Shown: positions 35,679-44,471 of the stretch, in pieces
Layout of the letters: the number at the start of each line of letters is the position of its first letter
Position numbering within the stretch: the first letter of the stretch is position 1
DNA from: a virus
Lineage: Duplodnaviria; Caudoviricetes
IMG/VR virus record: IMGVR_UViG_3300049142_000092
Coordinates: 5,185 to 69,184 of that record
DNA length: 64,000 bases
Reading direction: 5' to 3' (one strand)
Notes under the pieces: generated by a model
What the model saw: only the letters and a program-made list of their open reading frames with translations
What the model was told of the DNA's origin: nothing
The model's database searches: none
Made by a program: the position numbers and the translations under genes

Positions 35679-38600
35679 GGGGCCCCTTCTTCGGTGGGTC
35701 AGTCCAGCGCTTGGGGTCCTGCACGCCCTCGATCACAGGAGGTGGCTGCTCGCCACGCAGTTCCTGCACCAGGGCATACAGCTCGCGCACGGCATCGAGC
35801 GCCAAGGCCACGCGAGCATCCAGCGACACCGTGGGCTGGCCGTTGCGATTGGTACTCACCAGCTCGGGGGCCACGGCCGCGAGGTGCTCGGCGATCACGC
35901 CGTAGTGCCGCTGCGGCGGCTCTCTGCGGGCGACGTCCACGCGGACCTTCTCCATGCGCATCGAGCCGTCCGGCTGACGACGACGAAGCGGCACGGTGCG
36001 CGGTTCGATCGGGTCGAGGTCCCAGTCATAGAGGTAGCTGTAGTTGCGCACCCGAGCAACGACGTCCAGACTGCTCAACCCGCCGCCGAAGCTCAGCGGC
36101 TCGATCTCGCGCTTGGCCATCTCGGTGGACGCCTCCGGATTGAAACTCGCGGCGTAGACCGGGACGGTGGCGTTGCCGTTGCCGCGCGTGAACGTGATCC
36201 GGTTGTTCGACCAAGTGATGCCGGAGCCCTCCGGCGAGAAGCCGGGCGCCAGAATCGCCGGGTCGCCACCCCTGAAGCTGTTGCGCTGGTAGTGCAGGAC
36301 CGTGTCGTTTAGGTCCCCGGCGGCGTTCGCGATAACGAAGTGGAACCGGCTCGCAGTGCCGTCGTCCGGGGCCAGGTGCGACCAGATCCGGATACCGGTC
36401 ACCGGGGCGTTGAGCACCGCGTAGGTCAGGCCCACGTCCAGCTGCGAGCGGACCTGCGTGCTCGTCCCGTACCGGGCTCGCAGGCCGGTCGGATCGAAGT
36501 CGATCCGAGACCGGCGGCCGTTGGCGTCCGGCCGACTGATCGCCCGCCAGATACCGCCCTCGTTGGCCAGCTCGCCGTAGTCGACCCCGGTCGCCCCGTA
36601 GATCCGCATCGTCCCGTTGGACAGCAGCTCGAGGCGCTCGCCCTCCAGGTCGGTGAGGAAGTTCCCGGTCACGAGCATGGACGCGTCCGAGACCTGCCAA
36701 CGGCCAACCACGGTGTTGTTGCGGTAGAGCCGGATGCCCGCGTTGTCGAACTCGATCTTGTTGCCGTTGACCGTCGGCGTGGAGAACCGGCCACCCAGGA
36801 CGACCTGGGCATTCATCGTGCCGGCCGTGATCTTGCCGACGTTCACGTTGTCAATGTGCGCGTCGTTGACCGCGAGCTGGTCGATCTCCGCCGAGCCGAT
36901 GGCGGCCTGCCGGATCGTCTGCCGGTCGATCGTGCCCGGCCCGTACTCGATCGTGACCAACTTCTTCGGCAGCACACCGTCGGAGGTCTCGCTCGGGCCG
37001 GACGCGTTGCCCACCCGGTCGACGGCGACCAGGCGCGCGAAGTACGTGGTGCCGATCGTCAGGTCGGTCAGGTTCGTCGTGCCGGCGGCCATGAAGTTGG
37101 TCTTGTACGTGGTCGATAGCGACAGGTCGACCTTGCCATCCGGACCCACCGGCCGGTCCGGGATGAAGTCGATGCCCTCCGCGAGGTGCACCTCGACCAT
37201 GCCGCCGGACGCGAAGTCCGGCGCGGCGGCCAGCATGTCCTCGCCCGAGGCGCCCTTGCCGTCCCAGGTGACGTTGATCGTACGCAGGTAGGTCGAGACC
37301 GTCGGCCGGGACGGGATCGGCGGGGGCTGGTCGTCCGAGGCGGTGTCCACGGCCACGGTCACCGACCACGGTCCGACGTTGCCGGCCCGGTCGATCGCGC
37401 GCACCCGGACACCCAGGCTCCGGCCGCCCTCGATGTTGCCGAAGGTGAGTGAGGTCGAACGGGTGGGCGATCCCTCCGGCTCGACCCAGGTGGTGTCTTC
37501 GAGCAGACCCTGATCGATCTCCCACTGCTGGGACTCGGTCAGCGGCTGCTGGCCCAGGTAGGAGTAGTTGACCTGGTAGTGGTCGACATCGCCGGTGATC
37601 GGCCCGCTGCCCTGATGCGCGGCCGGGTAGTCACGCAGCCACGCCTCCGCGATGGCCGAGCGTTGCTCGGGGAAGTCCGGCAGGTTCTGGTCGGGGTGGG
37701 ACTGCTTGAACTCCGCCAGGAGAGCGTCGCCGTACGTGGTGACGATCAGCGGGCAGTTGTCCCAGGTCCAGGCGGGATCCCCTTCGTCGTTGACGTGCAT
37801 CGGCTGGCCCGACCGCAGCCGGTCGGCGACCAGGAGAGCGGCCTCCGCGCGGCCGGCCGCGGCCTCGTCCGGGTAGGCATCGGTGAGCACTGCCGCCCAG
37901 CCGGCCGACACCAGGGCCAGCGCAGGGATCTGATCCGGCACCCGGTAGGCGATCGTCGAGGCCAGCGTGAGTCCGGTCGGCGCGGCGGGCGGGATCCGGT
38001 CCTCGCCCGTCCCACCGGGTGTTGGAGTGGACGTGCCGACGACCGCGTCCCCGACCGAGATGGCGTTCAGACGCCGGTACAGCTCGACCACTCGGTTGGC
38101 GATCAGGTCGTTGAGCACGACCGTGCCGCGAGGCGGCTCGTTCTGCGTGAAGGTCAGGTTGATCTGCGCGATCCGCAGGCGCCTGCGCTTGTTGTTGACC
38201 CAGGTGTAGGCCCAGTCCCCGATGCCCCATCCCACGATCGGCAGCGGAACGCCGGTCGAGAACTCGACGTCGCCCACGAACTCGGCCACGCCGTTGCGGA
38301 CAGCCTCCAGCAAGGTCGCGGCGTAGGCCTGCACAGCGTCCTGCGTGGACAGTTGCCCTGCGTCGTCGGCGACCTCGGCTCGCCACCCCAGCTCGGCCTC
38401 GGCCGTGGCCGACTCCGCCCAGGCGTAGAAGCCTTCCGAGGCGGCCGCGAGCACAGCAGTGCCGGCGTCTTCGGCCGATTCCCGTCGGGCGTGCTTGGAC
38501 AGGTTGACCGCGTGCGCGAAGGTCAGCGGCACCAGGCCGGTCGTCCGGTCGGTGCCCATCGCCCCGGACGCGTACGCCCGCCACACCCGGCCGGCAGTCA

Positions 38601-40818
38601 GCTCGTACTCGAGCAACCCGAGCTCAACGAGCTTGTCGGCCACCTGCAGCAGGGACGTCTTCGGGGCGATGTTGAACGACGAGATGGTCTTCGCCCACGG
38701 GTTGCCGTTGCTGTCGTGCGTGGCCGTGAAGTCCCGAGTGACCAGCGGTAGGGCCCGCCGCGCCTGCGCCTGGTCCATGGCCACGGTCAGAATCAGGCCC
38801 GCGGTCGCGCCCACGAACCTCAGTTCGCCCTTCTCATTCTCCTCGGTGCGCTCCTGCGGGGCGACGATCGCCTTCTTCAGGAGCCACTCATGGAAGTGCC
38901 CGTCGAAGGTCCACGTGCCGCCCGGGATGAGGTCGTCGCCCGCCTTCTGGGTCAACCAGCCGCCGAGCGCGCCTTCCTGGGAGCCGCCGAGCCAGATCCG
39001 AACTTCGAGCGCGCGCAGCGGGTAGGCCGAGACGTTGTCGAACAGGGCCGAGAAGCCCGGCGCGCCGGCGGGGTAGTCGATGCTGATCGACCCGGGTGCG
39101 TTGCGCACCGGGGAGATGTCGAGCTTCGTCCACGCCGGCAGCGGGATGAGCTTTCCGGTCCGGTCCACCGCGTACACCGACGGAACGAGTACGCCACCCG
39201 GGGCGGTCGGCGGTGGCGTACCGGCCTTCACTAGCGGCGTCCCGAACGCGGCCGTCGAGGCGATGCCCACGGCGCGCACGTCCTGGGGCCCGTCGGCCAC
39301 CGAGAACAGCGGCAGGCCGAACGCCTGCTTGGACGTGATCTTGCCTGCCGCGCTGACGGTCTGCGATCCAGCGGGCGGGGGTCCGGTCCCGTCGCCCAGG
39401 GTGTATCCGAGCGTGAACGGCAGCACCGTGTCGGTCCCGAGCAAGGTGGCGTGCGAGCCGGGCGGCGGTGGGGACTCCGCGCCGGTGATTGTCGGCACGC
39501 CGAACTGCTGCCCGGACGGGATCCCGGACGTCGTCACGGTCTGCGTGCCCGGCGGCGGGGTGACCGGGGTCAGGGTGTAGACCCGGTACCACTCGACCTC
39601 CATCGTGGCCGGGGTCTGATTCGTGCCGTCGAAGTTGTCCAGCTGGATCGTGCCGAAGCCCTTCGGCATGTCCTGGATGTTGCGACGGCTCGAGCTCGAC
39701 CCGCCCGAGGTGGAGAACCACTCGACGCCGTCGATGAAGCCCTTGATGTGGTCCGGGGTCCACTCGATCGCGATGTTGTGGAACTGGCTCAGGTCCACGC
39801 CGGACTTGTTGAACTCGCGCTGTTGGGAGCCGTCGCCCGGGAAGTGCATGAACGCGGTCAGCGTCGTTCCACCCGGCCGACCGGGCTCGTAATAGTCGTA
39901 CTCGCCGTCTGCGGACATCGAGTTGCTGGTCGGCCAGATCAGCAGCACCGGCGAGTACTCGTTGCCGTTGGAGGTGCCGGTGTTGTACGCGCGCACGCGC
40001 ACTTCCCAGCGGCCGTACTGCTGGTTGAGCTTGTTGGCCATCCAGCCGGAGTCGCCGTTGGCCAGCCCGGTCATGATCAGGCGGCCGTCCTGCACGGTCT
40101 GGCGCTCGGGTCGCCTGCGCCCGTTCCCGGCGTGCCCGGCCCAGTCCGTGCCCGGCAACGACCACTTAGCGGGGTTCGGCGGGCCGGGCTCGTCGAACTC
40201 GTCGCTGTAGGCGGCGATCGGCAGGCCCCAGCCGTTCCGGCCCGCGGCCGTAGTCATGTCCGTGGGCGGCGGGTCGGTGGGGCCTCCGCCGCCCGGGGTG
40301 CTGCCGACCAACGCGCCGGTGCCGTCGGAGTCGTTCGGGTCGCCGTTGATACCGACGTCGCCGGCCTGCAGGAACGTCAGGCGCGGCCCGAGCCCGGTCT
40401 TGCGCCAGATCCCGGCCGAGTCCTGAGTGAACGCCCCGGCCGCCGGCGTGGCGAAGTAGGTGTTGTTCGTGATCGTGGTCGAGACCGGTGCGACCAGCTG
40501 GGTGACCGCCTGCCCGGTGGCCGCCCGGATGACCGCGTTCCCATCGATCGTGCAGCCGGACGGGGCCAGCGAGTAGTTGTCGCCGACCCGCACACCCTCG
40601 GGGCAGTCCACGATGACGTTGTTGCGGACCTGGGCGTTGACCACCCGCCAGTGCCCGGACAGGTTCGTGGACGAGCCCTCGGCGTCACCGGTGTCCAGGA
40701 GCATCGGCCCCTGGAACGAGCCACCGTAGATGCCGGCCACGTAGTTGAACGAGACCTCGTGGTCGCGGTCATAGAACCGGAACCCGCCGGAGCCGATGGT
40801 GGTGCCGAACGTGGCCAC
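35671..40818 (-). CDS. multidomain minor tail (hub/Tal-type) protein: PL6 C-terminal half + GH16 + hub + Fn3 + fibre + S74 chaperone
   Basis: aa ~3-165 GGFRFYDRDHEVSFNY; GH16 with EYDYYE (ExDxxE); siphovirus hub-like region; Fn3-like PPAAPTGL / PPIPSRPTV; C-terminal S74-like S...KREIEPL...HYGVIAE...PELV. Confidence 0.9.
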   Translation of the reverse strand: MATFGTTIGSGGFRFYDRDHEVSFNYVAGIYGGSFQGPMLLDTGDAEGSSTNLSGHWRVVNAQVRNNVIVDCPEGVRVGDNYSLAPSGCTIDGNAVIRAATGQAVTQLVAPVSTTITNNTYFATPAAGAFTQDSAGIWRKTGLGPRLTFLQAGDVGINGDPNDSDGTGALVGSTPGGGGPTDPPPTDMTTAAGRNGWGLPIAAYSDEFDEPGPPNPAKWSLPGTDWAGHAGNGRRRPERQTVQDGRLIMTGLANGDSGWMANKLNQQYGRWEVRVRAYNTGTSNGNEYSPVLLIWPTSNSMSADGEYDYYEPGRPGGTTLTAFMHFPGDGSQQREFNKSGVDLSQFHNIAIEWTPDHIKGFIDGVEWFSTSGGSSSSRRNIQDMPKGFGTIQLDNFDGTNQTPATMEVEWYRVYTLTPVTPPPGTQTVTTSGIPSGQQFGVPTITGAESPPPPGSHATLLGTDTVLPFTLGYTLGDGTGPPPAGSQTVSAAGKITSKQAFGLPLFSVADGPQDVRAVGIASTAAFGTPLVKAGTPPPTAPGGVLVPSVYAVDRTGKLIPLPAWTKLDISPVRNAPGSISIDYPAGAPGFSALFDNVSAYPLRALEVRIWLGGSQEGALGGWLTQKAGDDLIPGGTWTFDGHFHEWLLKKAIVAPQERTEENEKGELRFVGATAGLILTVAMDQAQARRALPLVTRDFTATHDSNGNPWAKTISSFNIAPKTSLLQVADKLVELGLLEYELTAGRVWRAYASGAMGTDRTTGLVPLTFAHAVNLSKHARRESAEDAGTAVLAAASEGFYAWAESATAEAELGWRAEVADDAGQLSTQDAVQAYAATLLEAVRNGVAEFVGDVEFSTGVPLPIVGWGIGDWAYTWVNNKRRRLRIAQINLTFTQNEPPRGTVVLNDLIANRVVELYRRLNAISVGDAVVGTSTPTPGGTGEDRIPPAAPTGLTLASTIAYRVPDQIPALALVSAGWAAVLTDAYPDEAAAGRAEAALLVADRLRSGQPMHVNDEGDPAWTWDNCPLIVTTYGDALLAEFKQSHPDQNLPDFPEQRSAIAEAWLRDYPAAHQGSGPITGDVDHYQVNYSYLGQQPLTESQQWEIDQGLLEDTTWVEPEGSPTRSTSLTFGNIEGGRSLGVRVRAIDRAGNVGPWSVTVAVDTASDDQPPPIPSRPTVSTYLRTINVTWDGKGASGEDMLAAAPDFASGGMVEVHLAEGIDFIPDRPVGPDGKVDLSLSTTYKTNFMAAGTTNLTDLTIGTTYFARLVAVDRVGNASGPSETSDGVLPKKLVTIEYGPGTIDRQTIRQAAIGSAEIDQLAVNDAHIDNVNVGKITAGTMNAQVVLGGRFSTPTVNGNKIEFDNAGIRLYRNNTVVGRWQVSDASMLVTGNFLTDLEGERLELLSNGTMRIYGATGVDYGELANEGGIWRAISRPDANGRRSRIDFDPTGLRARYGTSTQVRSQLDVGLTYAVLNAPVTGIRIWSHLAPDDGTASRFHFVIANAAGDLNDTVLHYQRNSFRGGDPAILAPGFSPEGSGITWSNNRITFTRGNGNATVPVYAASFNPEASTEMAKREIEPLSFGGGLSSLDVVARVRNYSYLYDWDLDPIEPRTVPLRRRQPDGSMRMEKVRVDVARREPPQRHYGVIAEHLAAVAPELVSTNRNGQPTVSLDARVALALDAVRELYALVQELRGEQPPPVIEGVQDPKRWTDPPKKGPHA

Positions 40819-40842
40819 GTGGCTCCTACTCTGTGGGGATGG
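40807..40842. repeat. 36-bp direct repeat, copy 1
   Basis: gaacgtggccacgtggctcctactctgtggggatgg; 35/36 identical to 42794-42829. Confidence 0.95.
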
Positions 40843-41207
40843 ACGACAGGGACGTGACCGGATTCCGGCGGGTGCTGCACGAGTGGGCGCGACGGCAGCT
40901 CGAAGAGCAGTCCGACCACGTGGGGCCGTTCGAGATCGTCCACGTCGAGCTTGACCACGACCTCGGGTCCTCGATGAGCAGCGAAGAGACTTCAGTGGCG
41001 ATCAGGTTCCGCCACGAGGGGAACTGCCCGGCCTACCTTCCGTGCTACCTGGAGCTCAGCCGGGTTGGACCCCAGCGGTGCCTAGTCGAGTGGTGGAGCA
41101 TGCCCGACACCAAGCGCACCGTGGAGATGGTGAACGAGCTGCTAGCCATCGCTCAGAGCGACGTCGGACCGGATCCGGACGTGACGCTGATGCCCACATC
41201 GCCGTAA
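40839..41207 (+). CDS. antisense leaderless hypothetical gene inside the tail operon
   Basis: TACTCT -10 box, 6 nt, then ATG; GC3-rich codons; fills the intergenic gap. Confidence 0.65.
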   Translation: MDDRDVTGFRRVLHEWARRQLEEQSDHVGPFEIVHVELDHDLGSSMSSEETSVAIRFRHEGNCPAYLPCYLELSRVGPQRCLVEWWSMPDTKRTVEMVNELLAIAQSDVGPDPDVTLMPTSP

Positions 41208-42805
41208 CCACTGCCCACGGTGTTGTCGGACCAGAACTTGACATTGCTCGCCCCGTCGCCCAGGTCCACGACGTGGTCGGAGCTGCCGGTGAAGCGGTTG
41301 CGCGTGATGTTCACGTTGTTCACGCCGTCGAGCTTGATGCACTGGTTCCAGGAGTCACCGAACTCATTCTCAGCGATCAGCCAGTTGTTCGGGCTGCCGC
41401 TGCCACCGGAGTTGCCGCCCCGGTTCAGGCCCTCGGCCATGATGCACTGATGGATGCTCGCGATCGCGTTGTCGCGGGACGGGTTGGCCGGGCCGGTGGC
41501 CTTGTTGCCGACGATCTCCCAGTTCGCACTCGCCACCGGGTGCGACGAGCTGACCCACGTCTGGATGAAGTCGGTGTGGCTGTCGCCCGGGTCGCTGACG
41601 CCCACGAAGTTGATCGCGGTGTTGTACCGGATCTTGATATTGTTGCCGAACGCCGTGATCGCGTTCAGGTCACCGTCACCGGTCGGCTTCACGCCCTTGA
41701 TGTCGTTGTTCTGGAACGTGATGTTGTTCCCGTCCAGCAGCGCCCCGTACTGACTGTTCGCGTTGATCCGGAAGTTCTGGACCACCACGTAGTTCGCGGT
41801 GACGTTGATCCGCCCGACCGTGTGCCCCTGCCCGTCGTAGATCCGCGGGCTAGACGCCGTCCCGGACGTGGAGATGGTCAGCGCCGAGGTCGAGTCCGAC
41901 GTGGTCAGGATCGCCCCAGACGGCGTGGCCACCCCGCCCACGCCCAGGGTCTGCGACGGGGTCGAGATCGTGACGTCGTCCACGATGTAGTTGTCGGTCA
42001 TGATCCCGTTGGTGCCGTGCCGGTAGACCAGGCCACCGATGGACTTGACCACGGTGTTGCCGGTGATCCGGATCCCGCACGCCTTCGCGGAGACGATCTC
42101 CGGCTCGCAGATGCAGTCCTCGAACCGGTTCCGCTCGATCACCGAGTTGGAGAAGGTCTTGCTCATGGTCGACACGCCGAGCCGGATCGGCTCCTTCTCG
42201 TTGTCCACCTCGGGCTTGATCGAGTGGATGTAGTTGTGATCGATCCGGACGTGCTTGACCACCTGGAACGTGTCAAAGTTGCCGTCCGCCAGGATCGCGT
42301 TGCCGGGGTTGGCCTTGTTCCGGATCTCGCAGTGGTCGACCCGGATGAAGTCGCAGTTGTCGCCCATGTACACGAACGGCGACTTGGACGAGCCCGGGCT
42401 GCCGATCGAGGACGGGCCGAACAGGCAGCGGGTGATCCGGCAGCGCACGGCGTTGCCGCGGAACTGTGTCACGTTCCCCGAGCTCAGCTCGTACGGGAAC
42501 GACAGGCCCTTGATCGTGACGTACGAGCAGTCCTTGACCGTGAACGTCGACCCGCTGGCGAACACCGCCCCACCGGTGTTCCCGGCCTCGATCGAGATCC
42601 CGGACGTGGACGACCCGTTCTTTCCGGTGATCGAGAAGGCGCCCGAGTAGGTGCCGTTCGCGAGCACGATCCGGTGGCCAGCCGTGGCATTGCTCAGCGC
42701 AGTGGTGAGCGCGCTCGAGTTCGACACGTTGACCACGGTCGAGCCCATCGGAATGACCGGGTACGCCTGGCCGTCGGGGAAGCCCGAGTACGGGAACGTG
42801 GCCAC
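41153..42805 (-). CDS. PL6 (chondroitinase B/alginate lyase-like) N-terminal half + second beta-helix domain
   Basis: RIVLANGTY, RIDHNY, EKEPIRLG, EPEIVSAKA (Lys), YRHG (Arg); the PL6 pattern stops at TDNYIVD, followed by a different right-handed beta-helix. Confidence 0.85.
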   Translation of the reverse strand: MATFPYSGFPDGQAYPVIPMGSTVVNVSNSSALTTALSNATAGHRIVLANGTYSGAFSITGKNGSSTSGISIEAGNTGGAVFASGSTFTVKDCSYVTIKGLSFPYELSSGNVTQFRGNAVRCRITRCLFGPSSIGSPGSSKSPFVYMGDNCDFIRVDHCEIRNKANPGNAILADGNFDTFQVVKHVRIDHNYIHSIKPEVDNEKEPIRLGVSTMSKTFSNSVIERNRFEDCICEPEIVSAKACGIRITGNTVVKSIGGLVYRHGTNGIMTDNYIVDDVTISTPSQTLGVGGVATPSGAILTTSDSTSALTISTSGTASSPRIYDGQGHTVGRINVTANYVVVQNFRINANSQYGALLDGNNITFQNNDIKGVKPTGDGDLNAITAFGNNIKIRYNTAINFVGVSDPGDSHTDFIQTWVSSSHPVASANWEIVGNKATGPANPSRDNAIASIHQCIMAEGLNRGGNSGGSGSPNNWLIAENEFGDSWNQCIKLDGVNNVNITRNRFTGSSDHVVDLGDGASNVKFWSDNTVGSGYGDVGISVTSGSGPTSL

Positions 42806-42829
42806 GCGGCTCCTACTCTGTGGGGATGG
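42794..42829. repeat. 36-bp direct repeat, copy 2
   Basis: gaacgtggccacgcggctcctactctgtggggatgg. Confidence 0.95.
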
Positions 42830-43095
42830 CTGCGGAACCTCTGACGTGCTTCCTTGCCCCTAGTGGACGGTGGAAGCTCGGCGCGGCGTGCCAGTGTGGA
42901 ATCACGCTCCGGGACTGCTGGGTGGGCGAGTCCCGGAGAGGGCGCCAGTGCTGTTGGCGGTGCGAAAAGGACGAGCGCACGGCGCATGCCATCCGCGACG
43001 GCGGGGACAGTGAGGTCATCGCGTCGCTTACTGACGACGACCGGGCGCTCCTACGGGCTCATGGCTGGATCGACCCAATCCAGCTACTGACCTAG
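42826..43095 (+). CDS. antisense leaderless Cys-rich hypothetical gene
   Basis: TACTCT-6 nt-ATG; CQC...C...CCWRC; stop abuts the stop of the PL7 gene. Confidence 0.55.
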   Translation: MAAEPLTCFLAPSGRWKLGAACQCGITLRDCWVGESRRGRQCCWRCEKDERTAHAIRDGGDSEVIASLTDDDRALLRAHGWIDPIQLLT

Positions 43096-44402
43096 CTGTG
43101 CGAGCAGAACAGGTCGCGCAGCTCGGACCGGCCGTACTCCGAGGACGGGTTGTTCTGGTCGGTCGAGTTTTGCTGCACGTACTCGCCGACCTTGAAGTAC
43201 TGGCCCGAGCCCCAGTCCGGATCACCGGTGTACTTCGTGGTGCCATTGATCTTCACGGTCAGCGTGCCGTTGTTGACGTCGATGTCCCAGGCGACCTCCT
43301 GCCCCAGAGCCACGCCGGAGATCAGATCGGCGACTTCGGACCCATTGATGGACAGCCGCCAGGTCTGCGAGCCGGTCGGCGACGAAGCCTCCGCCCGGAT
43401 CTGCAAGGTGTCGTCTGAGGCGTCGTGCATCTGCGCGACCACGACCTCGCACTTCTCCGGGGCGTAGTGCATGACCTTGGTCTTGCCGCGCAAGATGTGC
43501 CGGCCAGAGCTGCCGGACCAGGACGCCTTCGTGGACGTCGACCCGGTGGCCATCTCGCGGAACTCACACCGGGGGTACTTGGTGTTCGTGCTGGTCCGGC
43601 CGCCGTTCATGAACACCTGCATCTGCACGGCTGTGCCGGCAGAGTTCATGACGTAGTACGGGTTGTTGACGTAGCCGTTCTGCAGCTGCGTCGGGGTGAT
43701 GTCCGTGTGGCCGGACTCGAACCCGATCCCCAGGTTCCACCAGCCGCCGGTCGCGTTCCCGAGCCCGTTGATGTTCAGGAACGTGGACGGGTCGCTCGAG
43801 GCCCCGCCGCCGCCCCCGCCGAACGGCAGGACTGCGGTCACGTGGTTGGATGCGGCCGACTCGACGCCGCTGACCAGCGCAGTGACCCAGTATTCATAGT
43901 TCCGGGCGGTGTTCGGGGTCCGGGTGGTCGTGGTCGTGGTCAGGGCAGTCGCGCCGGACACGCCGGACGGGGACTCGGTCTCGTACAGCTTGTACGAGGT
44001 CGCGCCCGCGACCGCGTCCCAGGACAGGTTGATCGCGCCGATGGTGCCGCCAGCGGTGACGGTGGCCTTCATGTTCTTCGGCGAGGTGCTCGACCCGGCG
44101 GTCTCGACCTCGGTCCCGTCCGCGTAGATCCAGGATGTGCCGGTACCCCAGATGACCTTGCCCTTGACGCCGAGACTGGTATCCAGGTAGGGCAGGCCGA
44201 TGGCCGGGGACGGGCGCTGTGCGGTCGTGCCGGACTGAATCTGGCGCGAAGACCCGCCGCCGGCCAGGATCGCGGTCACCTGGTCGTACAGGTCGTCGAG
44301 GGCCTGGTCGAGCGCCTCGATCCCGGTCTCCCAACGGTTGAGCTGGACCGCGTTGACCTGCTCGCCGTCCACCCAGACCTTCGGGGTGTACAGGTCGGCC
44401 AT
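43092..44402 (-). CDS. tail-associated protein: anchor + Fn3 + PL7 alginate lyase
   Basis: YTPKVWVDG...NAVQLNRWETGI anchor; Fn3 LSWDAVAGATSYKLY...YEYWVTA; PL7 motifs RCEFRE, AQMHD, YFKVGEYVQ. Confidence 0.88.
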   Translation of the reverse strand: MADLYTPKVWVDGEQVNAVQLNRWETGIEALDQALDDLYDQVTAILAGGGSSRQIQSGTTAQRPSPAIGLPYLDTSLGVKGKVIWGTGTSWIYADGTEVETAGSSTSPKNMKATVTAGGTIGAINLSWDAVAGATSYKLYETESPSGVSGATALTTTTTTRTPNTARNYEYWVTALVSGVESAASNHVTAVLPFGGGGGGASSDPSTFLNINGLGNATGGWWNLGIGFESGHTDITPTQLQNGYVNNPYYVMNSAGTAVQMQVFMNGGRTSTNTKYPRCEFREMATGSTSTKASWSGSSGRHILRGKTKVMHYAPEKCEVVVAQMHDASDDTLQIRAEASSPTGSQTWRLSINGSEVADLISGVALGQEVAWDIDVNNGTLTVKINGTTKYTGDPDWGSGQYFKVGEYVQQNSTDQNNPSSEYGRSELRDLFCSHS

Positions 44403-44471
44403 GGGCAGGTACCTCCAGGGATCGTCAGTGCCTGCCTATGGCCTCGCTATGGAGTTGTCGGGCAGGGATGG

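Noticed and set aside
40807-42829. Shufflon/invertase or DGR tail-switching system
   Set aside because: The repeats are direct, there are only two, and no serine/tyrosine invertase or reverse transcriptase is nearby; kept only as a possible deletion substrate and promoter.
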